This document shows, in pieces, positions 48,759 through 58,056 of a stretch of DNA of 64,000 nucleotides. Under the pieces are notes generated by a model. That model had not been told where the DNA came from. It worked only from the letters and a program-made list of their open reading frames with translations, and ran no database searches. Made by a program: the position numbers and the translations under genes. How positions within the stretch are numbered: position 1 is the stretch's first letter; the number at the start of each line of letters is the position of its first letter. Origin of the DNA: an uncultured Gemmatimonadales bacterium (lineage in GTDB: Bacteria > Gemmatimonadota > Gemmatimonadetes > Gemmatimonadales > GWC2-71-9); NCBI GenBank assembly GCA_963728915.1, contig CAVSLV010000001.1, positions 864,001 through 928,000 on the forward strand. The letters run 5' to 3'.

Positions 48759-49499
48759 TCAGAACACCATTCCGCCGTCGACCACCAGCACCTGCCCGGT
48801 GATGTACCCGGCCAGGTCCGAGGCGAGGAACAGGACGGCGCCCGCGACATCGGCAGGCTGACCCAGTCGGCCCAGGGAAATCTGACCCAATAATGCACCC
48901 TGTGCTTCCGGGGGCAAGGCAGCCGTCATCTCGGTTTCGATGTACCCCGGCGCCACGCAATTGACCAGGATGTTCCGGCTGGCGTACTCCCGCGCTACCG
49001 CCCGGGTGAACCCGATCAGGCCGGCCTTGCTGGCCGCGTAGTTGGCCTGGCCCTTGTTCCCGACCAGGCCGACGATGCTGCTGACGTTGATGATCCGCCC
49101 GGCTCGCCGCTTCATCATGCCCTTGATGACCGCCCGGGTGGCGAGAAACGCCCCCTTCAGGTTCGCGTCGAGCACGGCGTCCCAGTCTTCGTCGGTCAGC
49201 CGGAGCAGGAGATTGTCCCGGGTGATCCCTGCGTTGTTGACCAGGATCGACAAGGGCCCGAGCCGCTCCTCGGCCGAGTCGATGAGGCGCTCGACTTGAG
49301 CGCGATCCGTCACGTCGCACCCGAACCCGGCAGCTCGCTCGCCCAGCTCCGCGGCAATGGCCCGCGCCGGGTCCGCGGTCCGACCCACGATGGCGACCTT
49401 CGCCCCGGCGCCGTACAACTGTTCGGCGATGGCCCGGCCAATCCCCCTGGTGCTGCCGGTGACCACCGCAACTTGACCCTCGAGGCGAATGCCGGTCAC
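48759..49499 (-). CDS. fabG: 3-oxoacyl-ACP reductase
   Basis: TGSTRGIG, NNAGITRD, YAASK and PGYIETEM. GTG start overlaps the fabD stop. Confidence 0.96.
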   Translation of the reverse strand: MTGIRLEGQVAVVTGSTRGIGRAIAEQLYGAGAKVAIVGRTADPARAIAAELGERAAGFGCDVTDRAQVERLIDSAEERLGPLSILVNNAGITRDNLLLRLTDEDWDAVLDANLKGAFLATRAVIKGMMKRRAGRIINVSSIVGLVGNKGQANYAASKAGLIGFTRAVAREYASRNILVNCVAPGYIETEMTAALPPEAQGALLGQISLGRLGQPADVAGAVLFLASDLAGYITGQVLVVDGGMVF

Positions 49500-50422
49500 G
49501 CCAGAAACTTCTCCACCTCGGCCGCGGTCCCGAGCGAGAGGTACTGGGGCTCGGGCAGGATCCGCTTGAGCAATCCACCCAGCACCGAGCCCGGTCCGAC
49601 TTCGATGAATCGGGCTCCCGGGGCGAGCTCGGCCAGCCGCTTGACGCAGTCGACCCAGCGCACCGGCGCGGTCAGCTGGACGCCGAGCAATCGGCGGGCT
49701 TCGCTGGCCTGCCGGACCGGCTCGGCCGTCGCATTCGCCACCACCGGGAACCGGGGCTCGGCGAGGGGGGCGCGGTCGAGCATGCCCCGCAGGCCCTCGG
49801 CGGCGGGTTCCATGAGTGGAGAATGGAATGCGCCGCTCACCTTGAGGGCCTGGACCCGTTTGGCGCCGGCCGCTTTGCACGCCTCACCCGCGCGAGCCAC
49901 CGCGCCGGGATCGCCGGAAAGCACCGTCTGATCGGCTGTGTTCAGGTTGGCGGGGACCACGGTTTCGGCGTCGGTCGAGGTTTCCCTGCACACCCGTTCG
50001 ACCTCGGTCGAGCTGAGGCCCAGAACCGCGGCCATGGCCCCCGGTCTGGCCGCGCCGGCTTCCCGCATCAATCGTCCCCTGGCGCGCACCAGCCGGGCCG
50101 CGTCCACCGGCGTGAACGATCCCGCCGCCACGTAGGCGCTGTACTCGCCGAGGCTGTGGCCGGCCGCTCCCGCGATCGGCCCCAACCGGTCGCCCACCGC
50201 GGCGAGGACCGCCGCGGAGTGAGCCAGGATTGCCGGCTGGGCATATTCGGTTTGCTGAAGCCGCCCTTCGGGGGTCTCCCACATAACCCGGGTGACCGGT
50301 TCATCCAGACCTGCGTCGATGGCTTCCAGGGTTTCCCGGGCGGCGGGAAAGGCGTCCGCCAGATCCCGGGCCATCCCCAACCGCTGCGCTCCTTGTCCCG
50401 GGAAGAGCAGCAGGCTCACCAT
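49496..50422 (-). CDS. fabD: Malonyl-CoA:ACP transacylase
   Basis: FPGQGAQ, GHSLGEY, VSGAFHS, PVRW and EVGPG. Confidence 0.96.
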   Translation of the reverse strand: MVSLLLFPGQGAQRLGMARDLADAFPAARETLEAIDAGLDEPVTRVMWETPEGRLQQTEYAQPAILAHSAAVLAAVGDRLGPIAGAAGHSLGEYSAYVAAGSFTPVDAARLVRARGRLMREAGAARPGAMAAVLGLSSTEVERVCRETSTDAETVVPANLNTADQTVLSGDPGAVARAGEACKAAGAKRVQALKVSGAFHSPLMEPAAEGLRGMLDRAPLAEPRFPVVANATAEPVRQASEARRLLGVQLTAPVRWVDCVKRLAELAPGARFIEVGPGSVLGGLLKRILPEPQYLSLGTAAEVEKFLA

Positions 50423-51414
50423 CGGACGACCGCGGCGCCCCAGGTGAACCCGGCGCCGAAGGTCACCAGCAGCAGCAGGGATCCGGGCCGGATCCTTCCT
50501 TCCCCCAGAGCCTGGTCGATGGCCAGCTGAATCGACGCAGCCGAGGTATTGCCGTACCGATCGACGTTGACCAGCACCTTGTTCATGGGGACCGCCGCGT
50601 GCTTGGCGGTCGCCTCGATGATCCGGAGATTGGCCTGATGAGGCACCAGCAGATCGATCTCTTCGGCGCTGACCCCCGCTTTCGCGAGCGCCTGATCGCA
50701 GGCTTTCGCCATGGTGTGCACCGCGGCCTTGAACACCTCCCGGCCCGCCATCTTGATGTACTGGGACCCCTCCCGGACCACCTTCTCGCTGACCGGGTCG
50801 TTGGACCCGCCTCCGGGGATCTGGAGCAGGTCGGCGAGCTTTCCGTCGGCGCCCAGCACGATGGAGAGGATGCCGCGTCCATCACCGGGCGCCGGCTGGA
50901 CCACGGCGGCCCCGGCCCCGTCACCGAAGAGCACCGCGGTGCCCCGGTCGTTCCAGTCGGTCACCGACGAGAGCTTCTCGGCCCCAATGGCGAGCACGCT
51001 CTTCGCCTGTCCCGAGGCAATCAGCCCTTCGGCGATGCCGAGGGCGTAGAGCCAGCCCGGACAGGCGGCCGCGATGTCGAAGGCGAACGCTCTGGTGGCG
51101 CCGAGCAGGGCCTGGAGCTCGCAGGCGCTGGAGGGCAGCCGTCGGTCGGGGGAGATGGTGCCAAGGATGATGGCGTCAAGTTGGTCGGCGCTGAGGCCGG
51201 CCCGGCCCAGGGCGATCTCCGCGGCGGTCCGGCACAGGGAGGTCAGGTTCTCGCCCGGCCCCGCGATCCGCCGCTCCCGGATCCCGGTCCGCTCCCGAAT
51301 CCACTGGTCGGACGTTTCCAGGTATTTCTCGAACTCCGCGTTCGGCACCACCCGCTCGGGGACGGCGGTTCCTAACCCGGTGATGGCGGCGATCGGGGCC
51401 CGGAGCGCGCTCAT
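50416..51414 (-). CDS. fabH: 3-oxoacyl-ACP synthase III
   Basis: WIRERTGI, AAC, LFGDGAGA, HQAN, GNTSAAS and FGAGFTW. Confidence 0.96.
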   Translation of the reverse strand: MSALRAPIAAITGLGTAVPERVVPNAEFEKYLETSDQWIRERTGIRERRIAGPGENLTSLCRTAAEIALGRAGLSADQLDAIILGTISPDRRLPSSACELQALLGATRAFAFDIAAACPGWLYALGIAEGLIASGQAKSVLAIGAEKLSSVTDWNDRGTAVLFGDGAGAAVVQPAPGDGRGILSIVLGADGKLADLLQIPGGGSNDPVSEKVVREGSQYIKMAGREVFKAAVHTMAKACDQALAKAGVSAEEIDLLVPHQANLRIIEATAKHAAVPMNKVLVNVDRYGNTSAASIQLAIDQALGEGRIRPGSLLLLVTFGAGFTWGAAVVRW

Positions 51415-52424
51415 GACTGGGCCGCGGCCTCCGGTTCGGAGAACTCGGCCCCGATGTGGCGCACCAGGTCGATCTCGACCGATTGCACCGCCACCCGGAT
51501 CGCATTCCGGATCGCGGTCGGGTTGGAGGAGCCGTGACAGATGATCGAAACTCCCCGGACCCCGAGCAGCGGCGCCCCGCCGTACTGGGAGTAATCGAGC
51601 ACCCCGAAGGCGGACCGGATCTCCTCTTTGGCCCAGAGCTCGGGCGCGCTGTCCTCGGCGATGTGGCGCACCAGGCCGACCAGCGACTCACCGAATTTGA
51701 GCACCACGTTGCCGACGAACCCGTCGCAGACCACGACGTCGAGTGGGCCGTGTCGCGGGTGGCCGCTCAGCAGGTCGCGCCCTTCGACGTTGCCGACATA
51801 GTGGATCCGGGGATCCTGGCTGAGCAGACGATGGGCCTCCTTGATCACCGCGGTCCCCTTCTCTTCTTCCTCCCCAACGTTGAGCAGGCCGACCTGGGGG
51901 GTCGGCCGGTTCTGGAGATCGCGCATGTACACCGAGCCCAGGTGAGCGAAGCCGACCAGCTCCCGGGCGGAACAGTCGACGTTGGCGCCCGCATCGAGCA
52001 TGAGCACCGCGCCGTGCACCGTGGGGATCAGGGCGCCCACCGTCGCACGCTCGACGCCGTCAAACAACCCCAGCAGCACCGTGGACGCGGCGAGCATCGC
52101 GCCGGTGTTCCCGGCGGAAATGAACGCCTCGGATTGCTGTTTGGCCTGGAGACCGAGCCCGACGACAAGACTCGACTTGCGCTTCCGGCGGACCGCCTCG
52201 AGAGGTCGTTCCGCCATGCCGATGACCTCGGGGGCCTCTACCACGACGATTCGCTGGCGGTCCATGCCAGGATGGCGGGCGAGCTCCGCCTCGATCCGCT
52301 CGGTCGAGCCGACCAATTGGAGCTGGAAGGTCGGGGGAAGTTCCCGGAGCGCGCGCGCGGCCCCCTCGATTTCGGTGTGCGGGGCCTGATCGCCCCCCAT
52401 CGCATCGAGCGCGATGCGGATCAC
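51411..52424 (-). CDS. plsX: Phosphate acyltransferase PlsX
   Basis: IALDAMGGD, SAGNTGA, LDAGAN, NVGEEEEKG, CDGFVGN and HGSS. Confidence 0.96.
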   Translation of the reverse strand: MIRIALDAMGGDQAPHTEIEGAARALRELPPTFQLQLVGSTERIEAELARHPGMDRQRIVVVEAPEVIGMAERPLEAVRRKRKSSLVVGLGLQAKQQSEAFISAGNTGAMLAASTVLLGLFDGVERATVGALIPTVHGAVLMLDAGANVDCSARELVGFAHLGSVYMRDLQNRPTPQVGLLNVGEEEEKGTAVIKEAHRLLSQDPRIHYVGNVEGRDLLSGHPRHGPLDVVVCDGFVGNVVLKFGESLVGLVRHIAEDSAPELWAKEEIRSAFGVLDYSQYGGAPLLGVRGVSIICHGSSNPTAIRNAIRVAVQSVEIDLVRHIGAEFSEPEAAAQS

Positions 52425-52426
52425 GC

Positions 52427-52609
52427 CTAGTCTTCCTCGACCTCGACCCGCTTCTTCCCGGCGTAGTAGCCGCAGGAAGGACAGACCCGGTGGGGCAGCT
52501 TGGGCGACCCGCACCGGGCGCACGCCTGGGTTCGTATACCGGCCGCGGTATGATGGCCGCGGCGAAGCCGCTTGCGGCGCTTGGAGAGTTTTCGCTTGGG
52601 AACAGCCAT
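52427..52609 (-). CDS. rpmF: 50S ribosomal protein L32
   Basis: MAVPKRK, and a CxxC...PHRVCxxCGYY zinc ribbon. Confidence 0.96.
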   Translation of the reverse strand: MAVPKRKLSKRRKRLRRGHHTAAGIRTQACARCGSPKLPHRVCPSCGYYAGKKRVEVEED

Positions 52610-52618
52610 GTCGAGAGA

Positions 52619-53098
52619 CTAGGGGTTAGAGGTTAAGGGTTGGGGGGGTCCGCACGCGCAGATTCCCGCGTTCAGATCGGCCCCGCACTTCGGACACAGA
52701 CCTTTGCAATCCGGCCGGCACAGAGGAAACGCGTCCACGGCGAGGGCGAGCTCCTCGCGAATCGCGGGACGGACGTCCACGTGAGTCATCGGATCGGTCA
52801 ACGGATAGACGCTGGGATCATCCTGCAGCGCGGGATCCGCTGAAAACAGCACTTCGATGGACCGATCTACCTGGGTCGCAAACTCCGTGAGACAGCGGCG
52901 GCACACGGCCCGAAGCGAGCCTTCGAATTGCCCGTGCCAGTAATACCCGCCATGGCCGGCGGATTGGAGATCGCCACCGACGCGGACCGGTCCAAGCAGC
53001 GCGACATCAAGGCCTTCAAAGAGCGGATCATCTGCCGGCACCTGCCCCGAAACGAGGACCGGCCCGTGCCGGAGCTCGCGTATGTCGACCTGAAGCAT
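52619..53098 (-). CDS. yceD: YceD/DUF177 family protein
   Basis: CRRCL and LCRPDCKGLCPKCGADLN. Directly upstream of rpmF. Confidence 0.9.
   Translation of the reverse strand: MLQVDIRELRHGPVLVSGQVPADDPLFEGLDVALLGPVRVGGDLQSAGHGGYYWHGQFEGSLRAVCRRCLTEFATQVDRSIEVLFSADPALQDDPSVYPLTDPMTHVDVRPAIREELALAVDAFPLCRPDCKGLCPKCGADLNAGICACGPPQPLTSNP
52620..52647 (+). repeat. Degenerate tandem heptamers (TAGGGGT-like) in the 3' end of yceD
   Basis: TAGGGGT TAGAGGT TAAGGGT TGGGGGG. Confidence 0.55.
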
Positions 53099-53103
53099 AG
53101 CCC

Positions 53104-53135
53104 ATAACTATACACCGATTAACCACTTAGATCAA
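53104..53135 (-). promoter_or_regulatory. Sigma70-type promoter of the yceD-rpmF-plsX-fab operon, overlapped by the 27-bp palindrome
   Basis: TTGATC-N17-TATAGT ends 8 nt before the ATG. ATAAC-N17-CTTAG at 53104-53130 overlaps it. Confidence 0.65.
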
Positions 53136-53174
53136 CTCAAGCAGGCCATCTTCAAAGCGCCAAACGCCGGTTTC

Positions 53175-53588
53175 TCAAGCCCCGGGGCCGAAAAAGAAGT
53201 CAATCTCCCGAGCGGCATTCTCGTCGCTATCCGACCCGTGGACCGCATTCCTTCCCTTCGATTCGGCGAAGAGTTTCCGGATCGTGCCCGGCGCCGCCTC
53301 GGCGGGATCGGTCGCTCCAATCGTGGCCCGGAAGCTGGCCACCGCATCCGGCTTCTCCAGGGCGATGGGAAAGCAGGGTCCGCTGCTCATGAAGCGCACC
53401 AGCTCGTCATAGAAGGGCCGGCCCCGGTGCACTTCGTAGAACGCCTCCGCCCGCTCCCGACTCATCCGGACCAGGCGGGCTTCCCGAAGGGTGAAGCCGG
53501 CCTGTTCGATGTGGGCGATGATGGGCCCGAGCTTTCCGGCGCCGACGGCGTCCGGTTTCACGATGGCCAACGTCTGGTTCCCGCTCAT
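53175..53588 (-). CDS. ndk: Nucleoside diphosphate kinase
   Basis: [23 protein letters not shown] and NAVHGSDS. Confidence 0.97.
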   Translation of the reverse strand: MSGNQTLAIVKPDAVGAGKLGPIIAHIEQAGFTLREARLVRMSRERAEAFYEVHRGRPFYDELVRFMSSGPCFPIALEKPDAVASFRATIGATDPAEAAPGTIRKLFAESKGRNAVHGSDSDENAAREIDFFFGPGA

Positions 53589-54460
53589 TTGCTCCTTGCG
53601 TTCTTGACAAGCTCCACGACATCGAGCGGCCGTCGCATCACCCGGATGCCAGCCGCTTCAAAAGCATGAATCTTCTCCTCCGCGGTGCCGGAGGAGCCTG
53701 AGATGATGGCTCCGGCGTGTCCCATGCGACGGCCCCTGGGCGCGGTCTGCCCCGCAATGAAGCCGATGACCGGTTTCGAGAGATACCGGGCCACGAACTC
53801 GGCGGCTCGCTGTTCGTCGGTGCCCCCAATCTCGCCCAGCATCACGACGGCGTCGGTATCGGGATCGGCCTCGAACGCCTGCAACACGTCGATGAAATTC
53901 GTTCCGATGAGAGGGTCACCACCGATGCCAACACAGGTGCTCTGACCGATCCCGTTCCGGGTGAGATGGTTCACCACCTCGTAGGTGAGGGTGCCGCTTC
54001 TCGACACCAGGCCGACCCGGCCCGGCGCGCAGATCTGGCCCGGAATGATCCCCACCTTGCCGATGCCGGGAGTGATGAGTCCGGGGCAGTTCGGTCCGAT
54101 GAGCCGGGCACCCTTCTCCCGCACGAACGGGAGCATGCGCGCCATGTCGAGCACGGGAATGCCCTCGGTGATGCAGACGACGAGCTGGATCCCGGCATCC
54201 GCCGCTTCCGCGATCGCCCCGGCGGCGAGCGCAGGCGGCACGTAGATCACTGAGGTATTCGCGCCGGTCTGGGTTACCGCCTCGGCCACCGTGTGGAAGA
54301 CCGGGACCCTCTGGTCGAACGTCTGCCCCCCCTTCCCCGGAACCACCCCGGCGACGAGCCGGGTTCCGTACTCCAGCATCTGCCGGGCGTGGAATGACCC
54401 GTCCCGTCCGGTGATTCCCTGCACCACCAGACGGGTGGACCGGTCGACGAAGACGCTCAC
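53585..54460 (-). CDS. sucD: Succinyl-CoA ligase alpha subunit
   Basis: [29 protein letters not shown] and MGHAGA. Confidence 0.97.
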   Translation of the reverse strand: MSVFVDRSTRLVVQGITGRDGSFHARQMLEYGTRLVAGVVPGKGGQTFDQRVPVFHTVAEAVTQTGANTSVIYVPPALAAGAIAEAADAGIQLVVCITEGIPVLDMARMLPFVREKGARLIGPNCPGLITPGIGKVGIIPGQICAPGRVGLVSRSGTLTYEVVNHLTRNGIGQSTCVGIGGDPLIGTNFIDVLQAFEADPDTDAVVMLGEIGGTDEQRAAEFVARYLSKPVIGFIAGQTAPRGRRMGHAGAIISGSSGTAEEKIHAFEAAGIRVMRRPLDVVELVKNARSK

Positions 54461-55593
54461 GCGGCCTCCCCGGCGAGGGTCACCGCCTGTTTCACGGCCT
54501 CATCCATGTCGGAGAGCGCCCGCATGCCCACGCCCTCGAGGATCTGAACCGCTTTCTGCTCGTTGGTCCCGGTGAGCCGGATGACCACCGGGACATCCAC
54601 CTTGAACTGGCGCATCGCCTCCACGATCCCGTTCGCCACATCGTCGGTGCGGGTGATGCCCCCGAAAATGTTGAAGAGGATCGCCCGGACCCGCGCATCG
54701 GCGGTGATGATGCGGAGCGCATTGACGACTTTTTCGGGGTTGGAGCTTCCCCCAATATCGAGGAAGTTGGCCGGCTCGCCGCCGTAAAACTTCACCAGGT
54801 CCATGGTCGCCATGGCGAGACCCGCGCCGTTGACGATGCAGCCGACGTTGCCGTCGAGCTTGATGAAGGTGAGGCCGGCGTTGCGCGCGGCGACCTCGGC
54901 GGGGGCTTCGGCGGATTCGTCCCGCAGCGCCGCCAGGTCGGGGCGGCGATCCAGCTCGTTGTCGTCGATCACCATCTTGGCATCGAGCGCGAGCACCTTG
55001 CCCTCGGGCGTGGTCACCAGCGGATTGATCTCGAGGAGCTGGGCCCCGTTCTCGACGAAGACGCGATACAGCTGCTGCATGATGGTCGCCGCGGCCCGCG
55101 CCTGGGAAAAGTCGTCGTACAGGTGCAGCGACAGGTTAAGGGCCTGGTGGGCCATCAGGCCGTATCGGGGATCGATCGCGAGCCGGACGATCTGCTCGGG
55201 CGCCGTGGCCGCGACCTCTTCGATATCCACCCCTCCGGCGCGGCTCACCATGAAGATGGGACGTTGCGTCTCCCGATCTACCAGCAGGCCGACATAGCTC
55301 TCACTTGAAATCTCTGCGGCCGGCGCCACCAGGACCTGCTGGACCACGAGACCCTTGATCGTCATTCCGAGAATCCCGCCGGCGACCCGCGACACCTCGG
55401 CCGGCTCGGCCAGCTTCACACCGCCCGCCTTCCCGCGACCACCGGCGTGCACCTGGGCTTTGATGACCACGCGGGTTCCCAGGCGATTCGCGATGGCGGC
55501 GGCGGCTTCAGGGGTTGCGGCCACGTCGCCATCCGGCACCGGAACGCCGGCGGACTTGAGGAGAGCGCGGGCCTGGTATTCGTGAAGGTTCAA
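54457..55593 (-). CDS. sucC: Succinyl-CoA ligase beta subunit (TTG start)
   Basis: [36 protein letters not shown] and NIFGGI. Confidence 0.97.
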   Translation of the reverse strand: MNLHEYQARALLKSAGVPVPDGDVAATPEAAAAIANRLGTRVVIKAQVHAGGRGKAGGVKLAEPAEVSRVAGGILGMTIKGLVVQQVLVAPAAEISSESYVGLLVDRETQRPIFMVSRAGGVDIEEVAATAPEQIVRLAIDPRYGLMAHQALNLSLHLYDDFSQARAAATIMQQLYRVFVENGAQLLEINPLVTTPEGKVLALDAKMVIDDNELDRRPDLAALRDESAEAPAEVAARNAGLTFIKLDGNVGCIVNGAGLAMATMDLVKFYGGEPANFLDIGGSSNPEKVVNALRIITADARVRAILFNIFGGITRTDDVANGIVEAMRQFKVDVPVVIRLTGTNEQKAVQILEGVGMRALSDMDEAVKQAVTLAGEAA

Positions 55594-55596
55594 AGG

Positions 55597-55631
55597 TAGG
55601 CGCTAGTGGCTAGGGGTCAGGGGCTAGGGGT
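55597..55631 (+). repeat. Degenerate tandem heptamers upstream of sucC
   Basis: TAGGCGC TAGTGGC TAGGGGT CAGGGGC TAGGGGT. Confidence 0.7.
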
Positions 55632-55668
55632 TTTCCGCGGCGGAAAGTAGTCGAAGGCCGTCCGATAG

Positions 55669-58053
55669 TCAGGGCTGCCGCTCCAGCAGGTCGCGAAGCT
55701 GAGAAAGCTGGCGTCGCAGAGCGTCCAGATCGCCACGGCGGAGCGCAGAATCGGCGCGTTGCCACCACCGGCGGACCTGGTCCAGCATTTCCCGGGACTC
55801 CGGACCCACCGGGGCCGGGCTCATCTCTCCCCGCAGGTTCCGCCAGGCGTCCTCGAAGCTCCGTCCGGTGCCCAGCCGGGAGCCCAGCGCAACGTTGACC
55901 AGCACCAGGCGAGGCCGGGCGGCGGGTCCTTCGGCCCAGGCAGGCTGATAGGCGACCGGACCGTCGGCACTCATCTCGTAGCGGACCATGCCGGGCCGAA
56001 AGGCGGCGCCGGCCGCGAGCACCGAGTCGCGCAGCATCTGCTGGAAGGGGAATCGCTCCCATTTCTGAACCAGGGCGCCAGCCGATTCGAGGGGAGGAAG
56101 CGAATCCAGCGGCACCAGGCGAAGCGAGTCACCCGAAGGCATTCGCTCGAGAACGAGCAGCGCCGCCAGCAGGCGCGTCCCCGGGCGCACGAACGGCACG
56201 ACCCGGCGATTGCCTCCGGGGCTCTCGAGCGCAGTGAGTCCCTGGACCGGATCGAGGTTTCCGACCAGCCATGCCGGACCGGTGAGCACCCTGGATTGGG
56301 CCATGGCGAGCTCGGGGGGATAGGCCTCGCCGACCTGGAGCTCCGGGGGAATCTTCCCGGGTGATTCGATCAGGGGGTGAGCAATGCGCGCCCAGGCCGA
56401 GGCTAGGGAGTCCGCCGGGTCCCGCTGGTAGATCCGAACTTCTCCGGACTCCGCGTCCACCAGGCCCAGCAATCCCGAGGTAACCAGCGAGGCCTCACCG
56501 GTGCCCCAGGGAACCCGCTGGGAGGAGGGCAGGCCCGGAGCGGTGAGGAGGCCGTCGCTCTGCCAGAGAAGCCGGGACCCCGCGCGTCGAAGATGCGGCG
56601 CCGACCAGTGGGCGAATGGTGCGAGCGCGCTGAGCCGAATAGCGGGATCCAGCCGGATCGTGACCCTCCTTCCCGCCGGGGCGCTCAGGGCGCCGGGGAA
56701 TTGCCAGGCCCAGGCCAGGAGAATGCGGCGGGGCAGATTCGAGATCCGGACTCCCGGCCCGAGCGAATCGTCGATCAGCATGACGCGGCGCTCCGCTTGC
56801 GGCGTCAGGAGAGCGCCCGGTTCGGGAGGCCAGTACTCCTGCGAAGCGGGCGATGGCTCGGATCCCTCGGAAGTCCAGAACACCGGGGCGCCCGACGGGG
56901 AGACCCGATCGTCCGCCAGCGCCAGAATCGTGGAGGGCGCGCCCCCTTCGGACCCGAGCCAGACCGGGACCGCATCGAGCGCGCCGCGGGGGGAAACCCA
57001 GGCCCGCTGGGCCGGAAAGCCTAACCCGGCGCGGATTGCCAGCGAATCATCCCATAACGAGGCCGGGAGGGCGGCCGGCATGGGGCGAGGATGCAGCAGC
57101 GCTCCCGCCAGGTTCGCGATCCCGAACGCGACGGAGTCGATGCGGCGGGCCTCGGCGCGCCACAGCGCGTCCTGCCGGGCGTGCTCCGGATGAAGCGGGA
57201 GAAGCTCTCCACCGATCCAGACCAGCCCGAACATCACCCAGAGGAGCAGGGCGACGCCGCCCCGGACCCGGACCCAGCTCAGCAAGCTGACCACCGCGGC
57301 CGCGGCCCCAAGGCCGGTCCCGATGTACGCCATGACCGCACGAAGCACAAATTCGGAGTGGAGCACGGGACCACGCTGGCCGCTGGCGAGGCGAAGCGGC
57401 TCCAGGGATGCTCCCCAGGCCAGGCACAGAGCGAGGAGCGCGACCAGTACGGCGACCTGGCCCCGGGCGGTCGGAGAAACCCGGATTCGCCGACCGACGC
57501 GATCGATGCGGCCGCCCAGCGCGTAGAGACACACCACTCCGGCCAGGGCGACGAGGGAGAGCATCGCAGCCCGGGCCTGGATGGCCGACCAGAAGGGGAA
57601 ACTTCCCAGGAAGGTGCCCAGATCCTCGTCGAGCAAGGGATCCCGGATCCCGATCGGGGCACCGTCGAGGTAGAGCTGAAACGACCCGATCAGTCGCGAG
57701 CCGCCACTCCCCAGCAGGAGTCCGGCGAGGATGGCCGCGACCGGGACCGACCATCGCGGCACCGCGCGAGGCCAGATCCGCGCCTCATCCTCGCCGGGGG
57801 CGGCGCGACGGGGCAACGCGATCCGGAGGGCCAGCCCCCAATGTACCGTAAGCCAGCAGACGGTGAGAACCACGATGCCGATTTCGAGCAGCAGCTCGAG
57901 CCAGGCCCGCCGCGAACCGGCCATCGCGGCCGCATCGGAGATGCTGGCTTCCCAGAGACGATCAGCGAAGAATCCCGAAAGCGCCTGCCCAACCGCAAGC
58001 AGGCCCACCACCACCATTACGCCAATGGCGACCCGGCGCCCGCGGGTTGACAC
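55669..58053 (-). CDS. UPF0182-family membrane protein (divergent)
   Basis: N-terminal TM bundle with DRLW and G.RDPLL..DLG. Later VDAESGEVRIY..DP.D, YP..L..Q, and a C-terminal 'ALR.GD' helix. Confidence 0.65.
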   Translation of the reverse strand: MSTRGRRVAIGVMVVVGLLAVGQALSGFFADRLWEASISDAAAMAGSRRAWLELLLEIGIVVLTVCWLTVHWGLALRIALPRRAAPGEDEARIWPRAVPRWSVPVAAILAGLLLGSGGSRLIGSFQLYLDGAPIGIRDPLLDEDLGTFLGSFPFWSAIQARAAMLSLVALAGVVCLYALGGRIDRVGRRIRVSPTARGQVAVLVALLALCLAWGASLEPLRLASGQRGPVLHSEFVLRAVMAYIGTGLGAAAAVVSLLSWVRVRGGVALLLWVMFGLVWIGGELLPLHPEHARQDALWRAEARRIDSVAFGIANLAGALLHPRPMPAALPASLWDDSLAIRAGLGFPAQRAWVSPRGALDAVPVWLGSEGGAPSTILALADDRVSPSGAPVFWTSEGSEPSPASQEYWPPEPGALLTPQAERRVMLIDDSLGPGVRISNLPRRILLAWAWQFPGALSAPAGRRVTIRLDPAIRLSALAPFAHWSAPHLRRAGSRLLWQSDGLLTAPGLPSSQRVPWGTGEASLVTSGLLGLVDAESGEVRIYQRDPADSLASAWARIAHPLIESPGKIPPELQVGEAYPPELAMAQSRVLTGPAWLVGNLDPVQGLTALESPGGNRRVVPFVRPGTRLLAALLVLERMPSGDSLRLVPLDSLPPLESAGALVQKWERFPFQQMLRDSVLAAGAAFRPGMVRYEMSADGPVAYQPAWAEGPAARPRLVLVNVALGSRLGTGRSFEDAWRNLRGEMSPAPVGPESREMLDQVRRWWQRADSALRRGDLDALRRQLSQLRDLLERQP

Positions 58054-58056
58054 GAA

